Assembly: GCA_934167825.1 (NCBI GenBank)
Contig: CAKPLY010000001.1
Coordinates: 5,508 to 69,507, forward strand
Source of the DNA: an uncultured Bacilli bacterium
GTDB lineage: Bacteria; Bacillota_I; Bacilli_A; RF39; UBA660
Length of the DNA stretch: 64,000 bases
Reading direction: 5' to 3'
Notes under the pieces: generated by a model
The model's database searches: none
The model's input: only the letters and a program-made list of their open reading frames with translations
Told to the model about the DNA's origin: nothing
Shown: positions 19,896-29,221 of the stretch, piece after piece
Layout of the letters: every line of letters starts with the position of its first letter
How positions within the stretch are numbered: position 1 is the first letter of the stretch
Program-made: the position numbers and the translations under genes

Positions 19896-20693
19896 ATGGA
19901 ATTTAAGAAAGTATACGTAGAAGTTACTAATAGTTGTAATTTAAGTTGTGATTTTTGTATTAAGAATGATAGAAAGATTAAGTTTATAAATAAAGATGAA
20001 TTTGAAATAGTGTTAGATAAGTTAAAAGATGTTACTAAGTATTTATATTTTCATGTACTTGGGGAACCTTTGATGCATCCTGATATTAATTATTTAATAG
20101 ATAGAGCTAGTAATGTAGGATATAAAGTTAATATTACTACTAATGGGTATTTGATAGATAGAATTAAAGATAATAAGAATATTAGACAGTTAAATATTTC
20201 TTTACATAGTTATAATACTAAATATAATATAGATATAGATGAGTATTTAAGTAATATAGTAAGAGTAGTAGATAATTTAGTTAAGGAAGGTACTATTATT
20301 AATTATAGATTATGGGTAGATTATAAATATAATGATTATATATGTAAGTATTTAAGTAAGTATTATGATGTAGAAATAGATGGTAGTAGTAAAAAGATAA
20401 GTAATAATATTTATATAGATAAAGATAGTTCTTTTATATGGCCTGATTTAAATAATAATTATTATAATTCTAACGGAAGATGTTACGGACTTATTACTCA
20501 TTTTGGTATATTAGTAGATGGTACTATAATACCTTGTTGTTTAGATAGTAAGGGTATAATTAATCTTGGTAATATATATAAAGATAATATTAAAGATGTT
20601 ATGGAAAGTGATAGGGTTAAGGATATGATTAGGGGTTTTAAAAATAATAAAAAGTGTGAAGAATTGTGTAAACATTGTAAATTTTTAGATTAA
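19896..20693 (+). CDS. radical SAM enzyme with C-terminal SPASM/twitch domain (putative peptide-modifying maturase)
   Basis: CNLSCDFC (CxxxCxxC) at the N-terminus. SPASM-like GTIIPCCLDSKGIINLGNIY...ESDRV plus C-terminal CEELCKHC. SD agagg precedes the ATG at 19896 (ORF track start 19869). Confidence 0.65.
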   Translation: MEFKKVYVEVTNSCNLSCDFCIKNDRKIKFINKDEFEIVLDKLKDVTKYLYFHVLGEPLMHPDINYLIDRASNVGYKVNITTNGYLIDRIKDNKNIRQLNISLHSYNTKYNIDIDEYLSNIVRVVDNLVKEGTIINYRLWVDYKYNDYICKYLSKYYDVEIDGSSKKISNNIYIDKDSSFIWPDLNNNYYNSNGRCYGLITHFGILVDGTIIPCCLDSKGIINLGNIYKDNIKDVMESDRVKDMIRGFKNNKKCEELCKHCKFLD

Positions 20694-20750
20694 TTTATTT
20701 TAAATATTATTATTTTATGATATTATATTTATAAGGGATAGAGTGATAAT

Positions 20751-21911
20751 ATGAGAAAAACGTTATCTAAGTGTGATAAAATATTATTAGTTATTATTAT
20801 AGTATTTTTAATATTTGGTTCTATTATGGTACTTAGTGCTTCTTCGATGGAATCATATATGAGATATAGTAAGAGTCCATATTATTATTTCTTTAAGCAT
20901 ATTATATTTGTTGTGGTGGGACTTTTTATATATTTTGTGTTACATTTTATTCCTACGAAAGTTTATAAGAAGTTATATATATTTTTTATGATTATTCCTT
21001 ATGTTATGATGATAGGACTTATTATATATGGTAAGAGTGCTAGAGAGGCAGTTAGTTGGTTTAAGATAGGTCCTTTTAGTATACAACCTAGTGAGTTTGC
21101 TAAAGTATTTACTATAATATATTTAGCAGGACATTATGATAAATATAAAGACAATTTAACTAGTCAATGGACGATATTTAGACCACTTTTAGTAGTTGTA
21201 GTACTTGCTTCACTTATTGCGTTACAACCTGATTTAGGTACATCTTTGATACTTGTTATTATGACTATTATGGTGTTTTATGCAGTTCCTATATCAAAAG
21301 AAAAAAGAAAGTATTTTAATAGAATATTTATTGGAGGTATATTACTTGTTGTACTTTTGCTTATTAGTACTAAGGGTACAATACTTAGAGATTATCAAAT
21401 AAAGAGACTATATAGTTTTATATATAATCCGTGTGAAAGATACCAAGATGAAGAGGGGTACCAACTATGTAATAGTTATATTGCTTTTTATAATGGCGGT
21501 GTTACAGGTAAGGGAGTAGGAGAGTCTACACAAAAATATTTATATTTACCAGATTCATATACTGACTTTATATTTCCTATTATAATTGAAGAATGGGGAA
21601 TGATTGTAGGGGTAGTAATAATACTAGGATATGGTATAGTCTTGTTTAGGATATTTAAGATTGCTAAAAGAGCAAGAAACTTGGGTAATGGACTTATTGC
21701 GTATGGTGTATTTTCGTATATATTTGTACATATTGCAGTTAATTTAATTGGAGTTATGGGACTTGGTCCACTTACTGGAGTACCTTTACCATTTTTAAGT
21801 TATGGAGGAAGTTATACTTGGAGTGTGTTTATTGCACTTGGGATACTACAAAGGGTATGTATAGAAAATAATAAGAGTATAATTAAGAATAATATGATTA
21901 AAGGATCTTGA
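20751..21911 (+). CDS. SEDS-family peptidoglycan glycosyltransferase (FtsW/RodA/SpoVE)
   Basis: 10-TM topology; conserved PDLGT and LPFLSYGGS motifs. Confidence 0.8.
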   Translation: MRKTLSKCDKILLVIIIVFLIFGSIMVLSASSMESYMRYSKSPYYYFFKHIIFVVVGLFIYFVLHFIPTKVYKKLYIFFMIIPYVMMIGLIIYGKSAREAVSWFKIGPFSIQPSEFAKVFTIIYLAGHYDKYKDNLTSQWTIFRPLLVVVVLASLIALQPDLGTSLILVIMTIMVFYAVPISKEKRKYFNRIFIGGILLVVLLLISTKGTILRDYQIKRLYSFIYNPCERYQDEEGYQLCNSYIAFYNGGVTGKGVGESTQKYLYLPDSYTDFIFPIIIEEWGMIVGVVIILGYGIVLFRIFKIAKRARNLGNGLIAYGVFSYIFVHIAVNLIGVMGLGPLTGVPLPFLSYGGSYTWSVFIALGILQRVCIENNKSIIKNNMIKGS

Positions 21912-21996
21912 TGATTCTTTTTTCTTTTTCTATTTACAAATTTGTTAATACTTGGTATTATAGATATTAATTAGAAAATATATATGGGGGTAAGAT

Positions 21997-22677
21997 ATGA
22001 GATTTAATGATATTTTAAAAGAAGAGAAACCTAGAGAGAGATTAGTTAAATATGGAGTAGAAAATTTGTCTAATGAGGAACTTTTAGCAATTATTTTAAA
22101 GACTGGTAGTAAGAAATATAATGTTAAGGAAGTAGCAAGTAATATATTATCTAGTTATGGAGATGTTAAGAACTTAAAAGATGTTAGAATTAATAATTTA
22201 ACTAAGATAGATGGAATAGGTAAGGTTAAGGCAATAGAGTTAATTGCTGCGATTGAACTTGGAAGAAGAGTATATTATGAAGAAGACTATAAAGATATGG
22301 TAACTCTTACTAATCCTAAAGTTATTATTAGGTATTTTAATAAGTTATTTAAGGGAGAAAATCAAGAGTGTTTTTATGTAGTATATTTAGATTCAAAGAA
22401 TAAGTATATAGATAAGAAACTTGTATTTAAGGGTATTTTAAATAAGAGTTTAATTCATCCTAGAGATATATTTAAGGAAGCATATTTACTTTCTGCATGT
22501 AATTTTATATGTATACATAATCATCCATCTGGAGATGCAACACCTAGTATGGAGGATATAAATGTTACTAAGATGCTAAGTGAGATAGGTAAGTTACATG
22601 GTATTAGACTTCTTGATCATATAATTATTGGTAATAATAATTATTATAGTTTTTATGAAGACAATAATTTAAATTAG
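21997..22677 (+). CDS. radC: RadC-like JAB/MPN domain protein (UPF0758)
   Basis: HhH N-terminal region and the JAMM motif HNHPSGDATPS. Confidence 0.8.
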   Translation: MRFNDILKEEKPRERLVKYGVENLSNEELLAIILKTGSKKYNVKEVASNILSSYGDVKNLKDVRINNLTKIDGIGKVKAIELIAAIELGRRVYYEEDYKDMVTLTNPKVIIRYFNKLFKGENQECFYVVYLDSKNKYIDKKLVFKGILNKSLIHPRDIFKEAYLLSACNFICIHNHPSGDATPSMEDINVTKMLSEIGKLHGIRLLDHIIIGNNNYYSFYEDNNLN

Positions 22678-22743
22678 TAGATAAATTAATTTACAAAGAG
22701 TAATAAATGTGATAAAATTATCTTAAGAATAGGAATGGTTGTT

Positions 22744-25161
22744 ATGAAGAAATTAAATAATAAGGGTTATATGTTAATAGAAGTAATACTAGCATCTGTT
22801 ATTGCTTTTGTTATGGCATATTTTTTAATAGATATAACTATAAAGTTAATTAATAAGAATAATGATTATTATGTTGAAGGAACACTTTTAGCAGATAGAA
22901 ATATTATTACTAAAGAGATAATGGATGATGTTAATTCTAGAAATTTAGTTATGATTACTCAAAATAATAGTAAGAATTATACTTTTACTTTTGATGATGG
23001 AGAAAGTGTAGTTAAAAAGGATTTAATTTTTAGTGATGATAATGTTATTACTTATGGAGATTATAGTAAGAAATTAAATGATTTATTAACTTTTGGAGAT
23101 GTAGAGATTACTTATGATGAAAGAAATAAGATACTTACTTTTAAAGTTCCTGCGTATACTAATTATTCTACATTTAATTATGGGTTTAATTTTGTTATTC
23201 CTTATAAAGAGAATTTTGATATAGAATTACCTGGTAATTGTAGTGCTATTAAGGTTATATATGATGGTGTTACTAAGATATATGAAAATACTGCTAGTTT
23301 AGATTATGATACTTCAAATACTTATAAGGTTATGTTATCATCAGGTAGTTATGTAATTGATGCATATGGAGCGCAAGGTGCAAATAGTAGTGATAATACT
23401 TATACTGGTGGTAAGGGTGGTTTTGTAAGTGGAAAGATTACTTTTAATGGAAATACTACTTTAGATGTAAAGTTAGGTGGACAAGGTGGTTTTAATGGGG
23501 GTGGAGCTTCAACTGGTAGTGGATCTTTTAATGGTGGAGGTTCTACTACTGTTTATTTAGGAAGTAACAAACTTATTAGTGCTGCTGGAGGTGGCGGTGC
23601 ATCAGTAAATGGTAATGGTGAAGATGGTGGAACTGGGGACGCTACTGGAGGAAATAATGGTTCTAATGGTGGCGGAGGTTCTGGGAAGAATGAAGATGTA
23701 TCAACTGGAGAAGACTGTGACTGTAATGGAGATGATAACTGTTCATATACTGCGATGGGTGGACCTAAAGGGACTCAAGATTGGTGTTACTGTTCAGTAG
23801 AAATAGGTGTAAATAATTCAGCTCCAAGTGGATATAGTTGTGGTAGTGCAGATAAATATGGAATGAAAACTTGTGAAAAAGACTTTGCTGCTAGTTGTGA
23901 TAGAAATTATACTACTGTTAGTAGTGGCGGTAAGGGAGGAACAAGTGTTGTTAGTAGTAACTTTAGTGCTTCTAGTAAAAGAAGCGGGGTTAATATTGGT
24001 AATGGAAAATTTACTATAACTTGTACTAATTGCAGTGATTCACCAAAGACAGATAGTAATTCTTGTCCTAGTATAGTAGTTACGGATAGTATTTTAAATG
24101 AAAATAAAGTATTAAATAATATTACTTATGATTATGTAAATTCTGGTAGGCAAGAACTTACTTTAGAGTCTGGAAACTATATTTTAGAAGTATGGGGAGC
24201 ACAAGGTGGTAATTCTGTTAGAGGAAAAGGCGGATATGGTGGATACTCAAAGGGGACTTTAAATTTAGTTAGTACTACAAATGTGTTTGTATATGTTGGA
24301 GGTCAACCTTCTAAATATACAGGTGGATTTAATGGTGGGGGAAATGCTAATGGAGATAATAAAGATTATGTTAATGCTGCTGGAGGTGGAGCTAGTGATA
24401 TAAGACTAGGTACAGATTCTTTGTTTGCAAGAGTTATTGTTGCAGGAGGAGGCGGAGGAGCAGGTTACTATTATAATGGTGGTGCTGGAGGGGGTACTAC
24501 TGGAGAAAATGGTAAAAATCAAGGCGATTCTGCTTATAGTAGCACTCCTCCAGGAGAAGGTGGAACAGCAACTTCTGGTGGAAATAGTTACTATGGATAT
24601 GATAGTTTATTTGGAGATAAATATTTAGATAAGACAGGAAGTTATGGTGATATTGCAGGCTTTGGTGTAGGAGCAGGCTATAACTCGAAGAAAAGCACTG
24701 CTTACCGTGTAGGAGGCGGTGGTGGTTGGTACGGAGGTGGATACTCTAGTAATACCGGTGGTGGCGGTGGAAGTGGATATGTATATACCTCTTCAACAGA
24801 AGATGCTTACCCTAGCGGTTGTCTACTTAATTCAAACTATTATTTAACTGATACTTCAATGTCTAATGGAGAAAACCGTGGAGATGGTAGGGTTACTATA
24901 ACTACATTAGATAGATATGATTATAAAATACCTAGGATACTTGGACTTAGTGATTTAACTATTAATAAGGGAGACTTAGTAAATTTAAATACTGATATTA
25001 GTTATAAGTGTGAAAGTGATAGTCCAAATGGATGTACATATATTGGAGTTAAGTTTATTGATACTTCGATAATAGAAAAAGGAACATACTATTTATGTTA
25101 TGTAATTAAGAGTTCTAAGGGTATAGAATATAGTTATATTAGAAAACTTATAGTAAAATAA
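22744..25161 (+). CDS. giant prepilin-type (type IV pilin-like) glycine-rich protein with two tandem Gly-rich beta-domains
   Basis: Leader MKKLNNKG then YMLIEV (Gly -1, Glu +5, hydrophobic helix). Internal duplication (SGSYVIDAYGAQGANS.. and SGNYILEVWGAQGGNS..). SD aggaa precedes the ATG at 22744. Confidence 0.6.
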   Translation: MKKLNNKGYMLIEVILASVIAFVMAYFLIDITIKLINKNNDYYVEGTLLADRNIITKEIMDDVNSRNLVMITQNNSKNYTFTFDDGESVVKKDLIFSDDNVITYGDYSKKLNDLLTFGDVEITYDERNKILTFKVPAYTNYSTFNYGFNFVIPYKENFDIELPGNCSAIKVIYDGVTKIYENTASLDYDTSNTYKVMLSSGSYVIDAYGAQGANSSDNTYTGGKGGFVSGKITFNGNTTLDVKLGGQGGFNGGGASTGSGSFNGGGSTTVYLGSNKLISAAGGGGASVNGNGEDGGTGDATGGNNGSNGGGGSGKNEDVSTGEDCDCNGDDNCSYTAMGGPKGTQDWCYCSVEIGVNNSAPSGYSCGSADKYGMKTCEKDFAASCDRNYTTVSSGGKGGTSVVSSNFSASSKRSGVNIGNGKFTITCTNCSDSPKTDSNSCPSIVVTDSILNENKVLNNITYDYVNSGRQELTLESGNYILEVWGAQGGNSVRGKGGYGGYSKGTLNLVSTTNVFVYVGGQPSKYTGGFNGGGNANGDNKDYVNAAGGGASDIRLGTDSLFARVIVAGGGGGAGYYYNGGAGGGTTGENGKNQGDSAYSSTPPGEGGTATSGGNSYYGYDSLFGDKYLDKTGSYGDIAGFGVGAGYNSKKSTAYRVGGGGGWYGGGYSSNTGGGGGSGYVYTSSTEDAYPSGCLLNSNYYLTDTSMSNGENRGDGRVTITTLDRYDYKIPRILGLSDLTINKGDLVNLNTDISYKCESDSPNGCTYIGVKFIDTSIIEKGTYYLCYVIKSSKGIEYSYIRKLIVK

Positions 25162-25225
25162 TTAAAAATAATTGCTTAAAATAAAAATATATGATAGAAT
25201 GTAATTAAGGTATGGAGGATGAAAG

Positions 25226-25447
25226 ATGAGACTAAAATTAAATAACAAAGGTCAAACTTTAGTTGAATATGTACTAATTATATCTTTAATAACTGCAGTT
25301 GCAATAGGTCTTGTTAAAATATTTGGAGGATACTTACAAGATGCTATTACTAAGACGGGATGCCAAATAAGTGGTAAGGAATACGTTGAAGGTGCAAAAG
25401 TAGGGGAAGGTTATTGTAAGGGTGATGAAGGGAAATTATCTAGTTAG
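25226..25447 (+). CDS. Flp/Fap-type small pilin
   Basis: Leader MRLKLNNKG then QTLVEYVLI: G-x4-EY Flp motif plus hydrophobic helix. Strong SD ggagg. Confidence 0.55.
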   Translation: MRLKLNNKGQTLVEYVLIISLITAVAIGLVKIFGGYLQDAITKTGCQISGKEYVEGAKVGEGYCKGDEGKLSS

Positions 25448-25490
25448 ATAGTTTCTTTTTTATATATAAAAACTAGAAATATTAATATTT

Positions 25491-26321
25491 CTAGTTTTTG
25501 TTAATTCTATAGAAATTTATTTTTGGGGGGTTAAACAGTCTAAAGTTTACTCTACTTACTCCAATACCACTTGATATATACATTTTTGTACCATTTATAT
25601 TATAGTATTCTTCATAGTATTTAGTGGCATTTTTAGGTAAGAATGATTTTTTTAGGATAGGTATATTTACTTGACCATTATGGGAATGTCCTGATAGTAA
25701 TAGATTAGCATTTATACTTCTTAAATCACTTGCATAATCTGGTTCATGAAATAAAAGTATTTTATAGATATCTTCATTTACTATCATTTTTGATATATCG
25801 TCATCTGTAAAGTTTCCAGTACTTATTCCTCCAAGATATAATTTATTATTATTTTTACTATATATTATATCTACTTCGTTATTTAATAGTTTAAAGTTAG
25901 ATTCATTATAAATTCTATTTAATGTATCAATATCTATAGCATAATCGTGATTACCAATAACAGCGTATTTACCATATTTATAGTTTATGCTATTTAAGAA
26001 ATTTTTTAGTATAGTTATATCATCATCAGTAATATTACTATCTTTATCTATTAAGTCTCCAGTAAAAACTACGATGTCAGGATTAAGTAAATTTATTTCT
26101 TTAGATAATTTATTTAAATATTTTTCTGTTATTACTCTTTTATAATGGGTATCACTTATATGTACTATTTTTAGTCCATCAAAGTCATCGTTAATTTTAT
26201 TATCTATTATGGGTATTTCTTTAGTTACTAATCTATTTGTTTCAATGTATCTAGCATATAAGAGAGTTGATGTTACAATTATTATTACTAGTAAGATAAA
26301 TTTAATTATAAACTTCTTCAT
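25491..26321 (-). CDS. calcineurin-like metallophosphoesterase (YkuE-like), N-terminal signal/TM
   Basis: Metal-binding motifs GDLID, GNHD, GHSH. Confidence 0.75.
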   Translation of the reverse strand: MKKFIIKFILLVIIIVTSTLLYARYIETNRLVTKEIPIIDNKINDDFDGLKIVHISDTHYKRVITEKYLNKLSKEINLLNPDIVVFTGDLIDKDSNITDDDITILKNFLNSINYKYGKYAVIGNHDYAIDIDTLNRIYNESNFKLLNNEVDIIYSKNNNKLYLGGISTGNFTDDDISKMIVNEDIYKILLFHEPDYASDLRSINANLLLSGHSHNGQVNIPILKKSFLPKNATKYYEEYYNINGTKMYISSGIGVSRVNFRLFNPPKINFYRINKN

Positions 26322-27001
26322 ATATTCATACCTATTAGTAATAGTATTAGAGTAATTGTATTATGTATTTGATGCATTACTATTGTTTGATATATATTAT
26401 TTGTTTTATAGTAAGTATAGGCAAATGCTATACCTAGACTACTATAGGGAATAAGATATAGAAATTTAATTAGTCCTGGAGTACTCATTATATGAAGATA
26501 ACCAAATATTAATCCACTTGCTAGGATATATAACCATTTATTATTTATTACTTCCCTTATGCTTTTTCTAAATAATAATTCTTCGGCGAATGGAGCATAA
26601 ATTGAGATACTTAGAAACATAAGAAATGGACTAGTTTGTATATATGTTCTTACTGTGTCTTCATTAGTAGATATACCATTTTTAAATAATACATTAATTA
26701 GTATGTTACTTACAATCATGACTGCTAGACCTACTAGGTAATATTTTAGGGATGTTTCTATGTTTTTAGAGAAATTCTTAAAGAATGGTTTAAAGTCTTT
26801 TTTTAATGTTTTGTAGTAACATAATCCTATAATAAATAGAAATGTAAAGTCACAAAGTAGAGAATATACTACAGTATCCATATTAGTAAAGGTATTTACA
26901 TCTATTTTAAAGAGTAATATAGGTATTGCACTAATTGTAAAAAATAGTGTAAAAAGAAGTATTGTTTTAATTAAACTTTTTGTTTTTTCTTGTAATTTCA
27001 T
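26318..27001 (-). CDS. CPBP (CAAX/Abi) family intramembrane metalloprotease
   Basis: FAEELLFRK motif and downstream FGYLH; multi-TM. Confidence 0.7.
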   Translation of the reverse strand: MKLQEKTKSLIKTILLFTLFFTISAIPILLFKIDVNTFTNMDTVVYSLLCDFTFLFIIGLCYYKTLKKDFKPFFKNFSKNIETSLKYYLVGLAVMIVSNILINVLFKNGISTNEDTVRTYIQTSPFLMFLSISIYAPFAEELLFRKSIREVINNKWLYILASGLIFGYLHIMSTPGLIKFLYLIPYSSLGIAFAYTYYKTNNIYQTIVMHQIHNTITLILLLIGMNI

Positions 27002-27161
27002 TTTTTTATCACCAATATTAGTATATCATAAAAATTAGTTTTAATATATATCTTTTTAAATAGTGTTTACATAAAATTAGGAAGTTAGTAAAAAAATAAG
27101 TGTTTACTATTTAAAAATTTGTCATATTTTGTTATAATTGTATTAAGGTGGTAAAAAGGAT

Positions 27162-29207
27162 ATGAATAATAGATTTAAATATATATTGTTTTTAGTAATT
27201 AGTTTATTTATATATAGTAATAATGTTTATGCGAAAGAGGGTTATATATCTTGTCAAGATGCTTCGATTGGACTTAATTTAAGAGATAATGTAAATGGTA
27301 ATGTAGTTAATTGGGTAGCGTGTGGTAATACTCTTGATGTTATTGATACTAATAGTGGTAGTACAAGTGGGGTATGTGATAAGTGGTATAAGATTAATTA
27401 TAAGAGTGAAGAATACTTTGCTTGTGGAGACTATATAACTTTAAGGGAAGAATTAACTGAAGAAGAAATTACTGATTATAGAAAGTATTTAAAAGATAAA
27501 GGATTTCCTGATAGTTATATTGAAGGATTAGTTAGTTTACATGAGAAACACCCTAAATGGAAGTTTGAAGTATTTAATGCTGATATAGAGTTTGGAAGCA
27601 TGGTAGAAATAGAAAATAATAAAAATGGTAAGAGTTTACTTTGGGATAGCAATGGTAGTTTTGATGGCTATAAATCATTAGAGAGTTGGAGTTATGATTA
27701 TTTAACAAATATATTTAATAGGAATTATTCTGGTGGAGGTGCAAACTGGTATGCTGCTAGTTTTAATACAATAGCGTATTATATGGATCCTAGAAATTTC
27801 TTTAATGAAAAACAAATATTTATGTTTGAGACTTTGGGTTATAATTCTAAAATTCATTTAAAAAGTGGTGTAGAAGCAATGCTTAAAGGAACTTTTATGG
27901 ATGGCAAATTAGCAGATACAGAAAATAATATTAGTTATGCTGATGCTTTTATGGATTCAGCGAAGAAGAATAATGTAAGTCCTTATGTACTTGTTTCTAG
28001 AGTAATACAAGAAGTTGGGGCACAAGGCAGTACTATTGTTAGTGGAACAGTAAGTGGATATGAAGGGTATTATAATTTTTATAATATTGGTGCTACTGGA
28101 GATCAAAGTCAAATTATTATTAATGGACTTAAACATGCTAAGGAAATGGGATGGGATAGTCCTTATAAAGCAATAGTAGGTGGTGCGTCTTTCTTAAGTG
28201 ATGATTATATTGATGAGGGACAAGATACTTTATATTTACAAAAATGGGATTTATTTGGGCCTTTATTTGGTAGACATCAATATCAACAGAATATACAAGC
28301 ACCAAGTACTGAAAGTATAAAAGCCTATAGTGGTTATAATAATACAGGGTTACTTGATAGTGAGATAGTATTTTCTATACCGGTATTTAAAAATAATTCA
28401 ATACCAACTTCTACTAAGTTAGATAATCCTGGGAATCCTAATAATTATTTAAAGAGTTTAAAAGTTAATGATATATATTTATTTGAAAGTGCTACACATG
28501 ATGTTAGTTTTGATTTAGAGTTTGATGAAGAAGTTACTTCGGTAAATATTAGTGCTACTAAGGTAAGTTCTAAATCTAGCATAAGTGGAATCGGTAGTGT
28601 TGCTTTAACTGGAGAAAAACAAAGTATTGTAGTTACTGTTGTTGCAGAAAATGGATCTGCTAGAGATTATGTTATTAATATAAAAAGAAATTTAACTCCA
28701 GTAAATCCAGATCCAACACCAGATCCTACGCCTGATCCTGAACCTGAGCCAGCACCAGAGCCTGTTTTAGAAAAAGAAATAAGTGAGATACTTAATTTAT
28801 TAGAAATAAAACATAATGATAATTATATATATGGATTTGATGTTAATACAAATATTGATAGTATAGTTAAAAAAATAAGTGAAGCATATAATTATGTAAG
28901 TGCTAGTGGAGTAGATAAAGATAACAATGTTAAAAGTAATAAGATTATATTTTCCGGAGACAAGATAGTTATTAAAACTTCTAAGGAAGAAAAGACATAT
29001 ACTATAGTTATTAGAGGGGATGTTAATGGTGATGGTAAGATTAGTGCAGTAGATTATGTATTTATAAAGAATCATATTATGAATACAAATAAATTAAGTA
29101 GTGATGGACTTATTTTTGCAGATGTAAATAAAGATGGCAAGGTAAGTGCGGTAGATTATGTACTTATAAAGAATCATATTATGAATACAAATAAAATTAC
29201 ACAATAA
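27162..29207 (+). CDS. secreted cell-wall hydrolase: SH3b domain, glucosaminidase-like domain, cadherin-like beta-sandwich, Pro/Thr/Asp/Glu linker, C-terminal dockerin type I pair
   Basis: Signal peptide. SH3b (GLNLRDNVNGNVV..WYKINY). YADAFMDSAKKNNVSPYVLVSRVIQEVG (glucosaminidase-like). PDPTPDPTPDPEPEPAPEP linker. GDVNGDGKISAVDYVFIKNHIMN / ADVNKDGKVSAVDYVLIKNHIMN. Confidence 0.7.
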   Translation: MNNRFKYILFLVISLFIYSNNVYAKEGYISCQDASIGLNLRDNVNGNVVNWVACGNTLDVIDTNSGSTSGVCDKWYKINYKSEEYFACGDYITLREELTEEEITDYRKYLKDKGFPDSYIEGLVSLHEKHPKWKFEVFNADIEFGSMVEIENNKNGKSLLWDSNGSFDGYKSLESWSYDYLTNIFNRNYSGGGANWYAASFNTIAYYMDPRNFFNEKQIFMFETLGYNSKIHLKSGVEAMLKGTFMDGKLADTENNISYADAFMDSAKKNNVSPYVLVSRVIQEVGAQGSTIVSGTVSGYEGYYNFYNIGATGDQSQIIINGLKHAKEMGWDSPYKAIVGGASFLSDDYIDEGQDTLYLQKWDLFGPLFGRHQYQQNIQAPSTESIKAYSGYNNTGLLDSEIVFSIPVFKNNSIPTSTKLDNPGNPNNYLKSLKVNDIYLFESATHDVSFDLEFDEEVTSVNISATKVSSKSSISGIGSVALTGEKQSIVVTVVAENGSARDYVINIKRNLTPVNPDPTPDPTPDPEPEPAPEPVLEKEISEILNLLEIKHNDNYIYGFDVNTNIDSIVKKISEAYNYVSASGVDKDNNVKSNKIIFSGDKIVIKTSKEEKTYTIVIRGDVNGDGKISAVDYVFIKNHIMNTNKLSSDGLIFADVNKDGKVSAVDYVLIKNHIMNTNKITQ

Positions 29208-29221
29208 TTAAGGAGGAATTT

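Noticed and set aside
23609-24628. Internal + strand ORFs 23609-23800 and 24425-24628 within the glycine-rich pilin-like gene
   Set aside because: These are alternative-frame read-throughs of GGT/GGA-rich sequence, nested in the real frame, with no SD.
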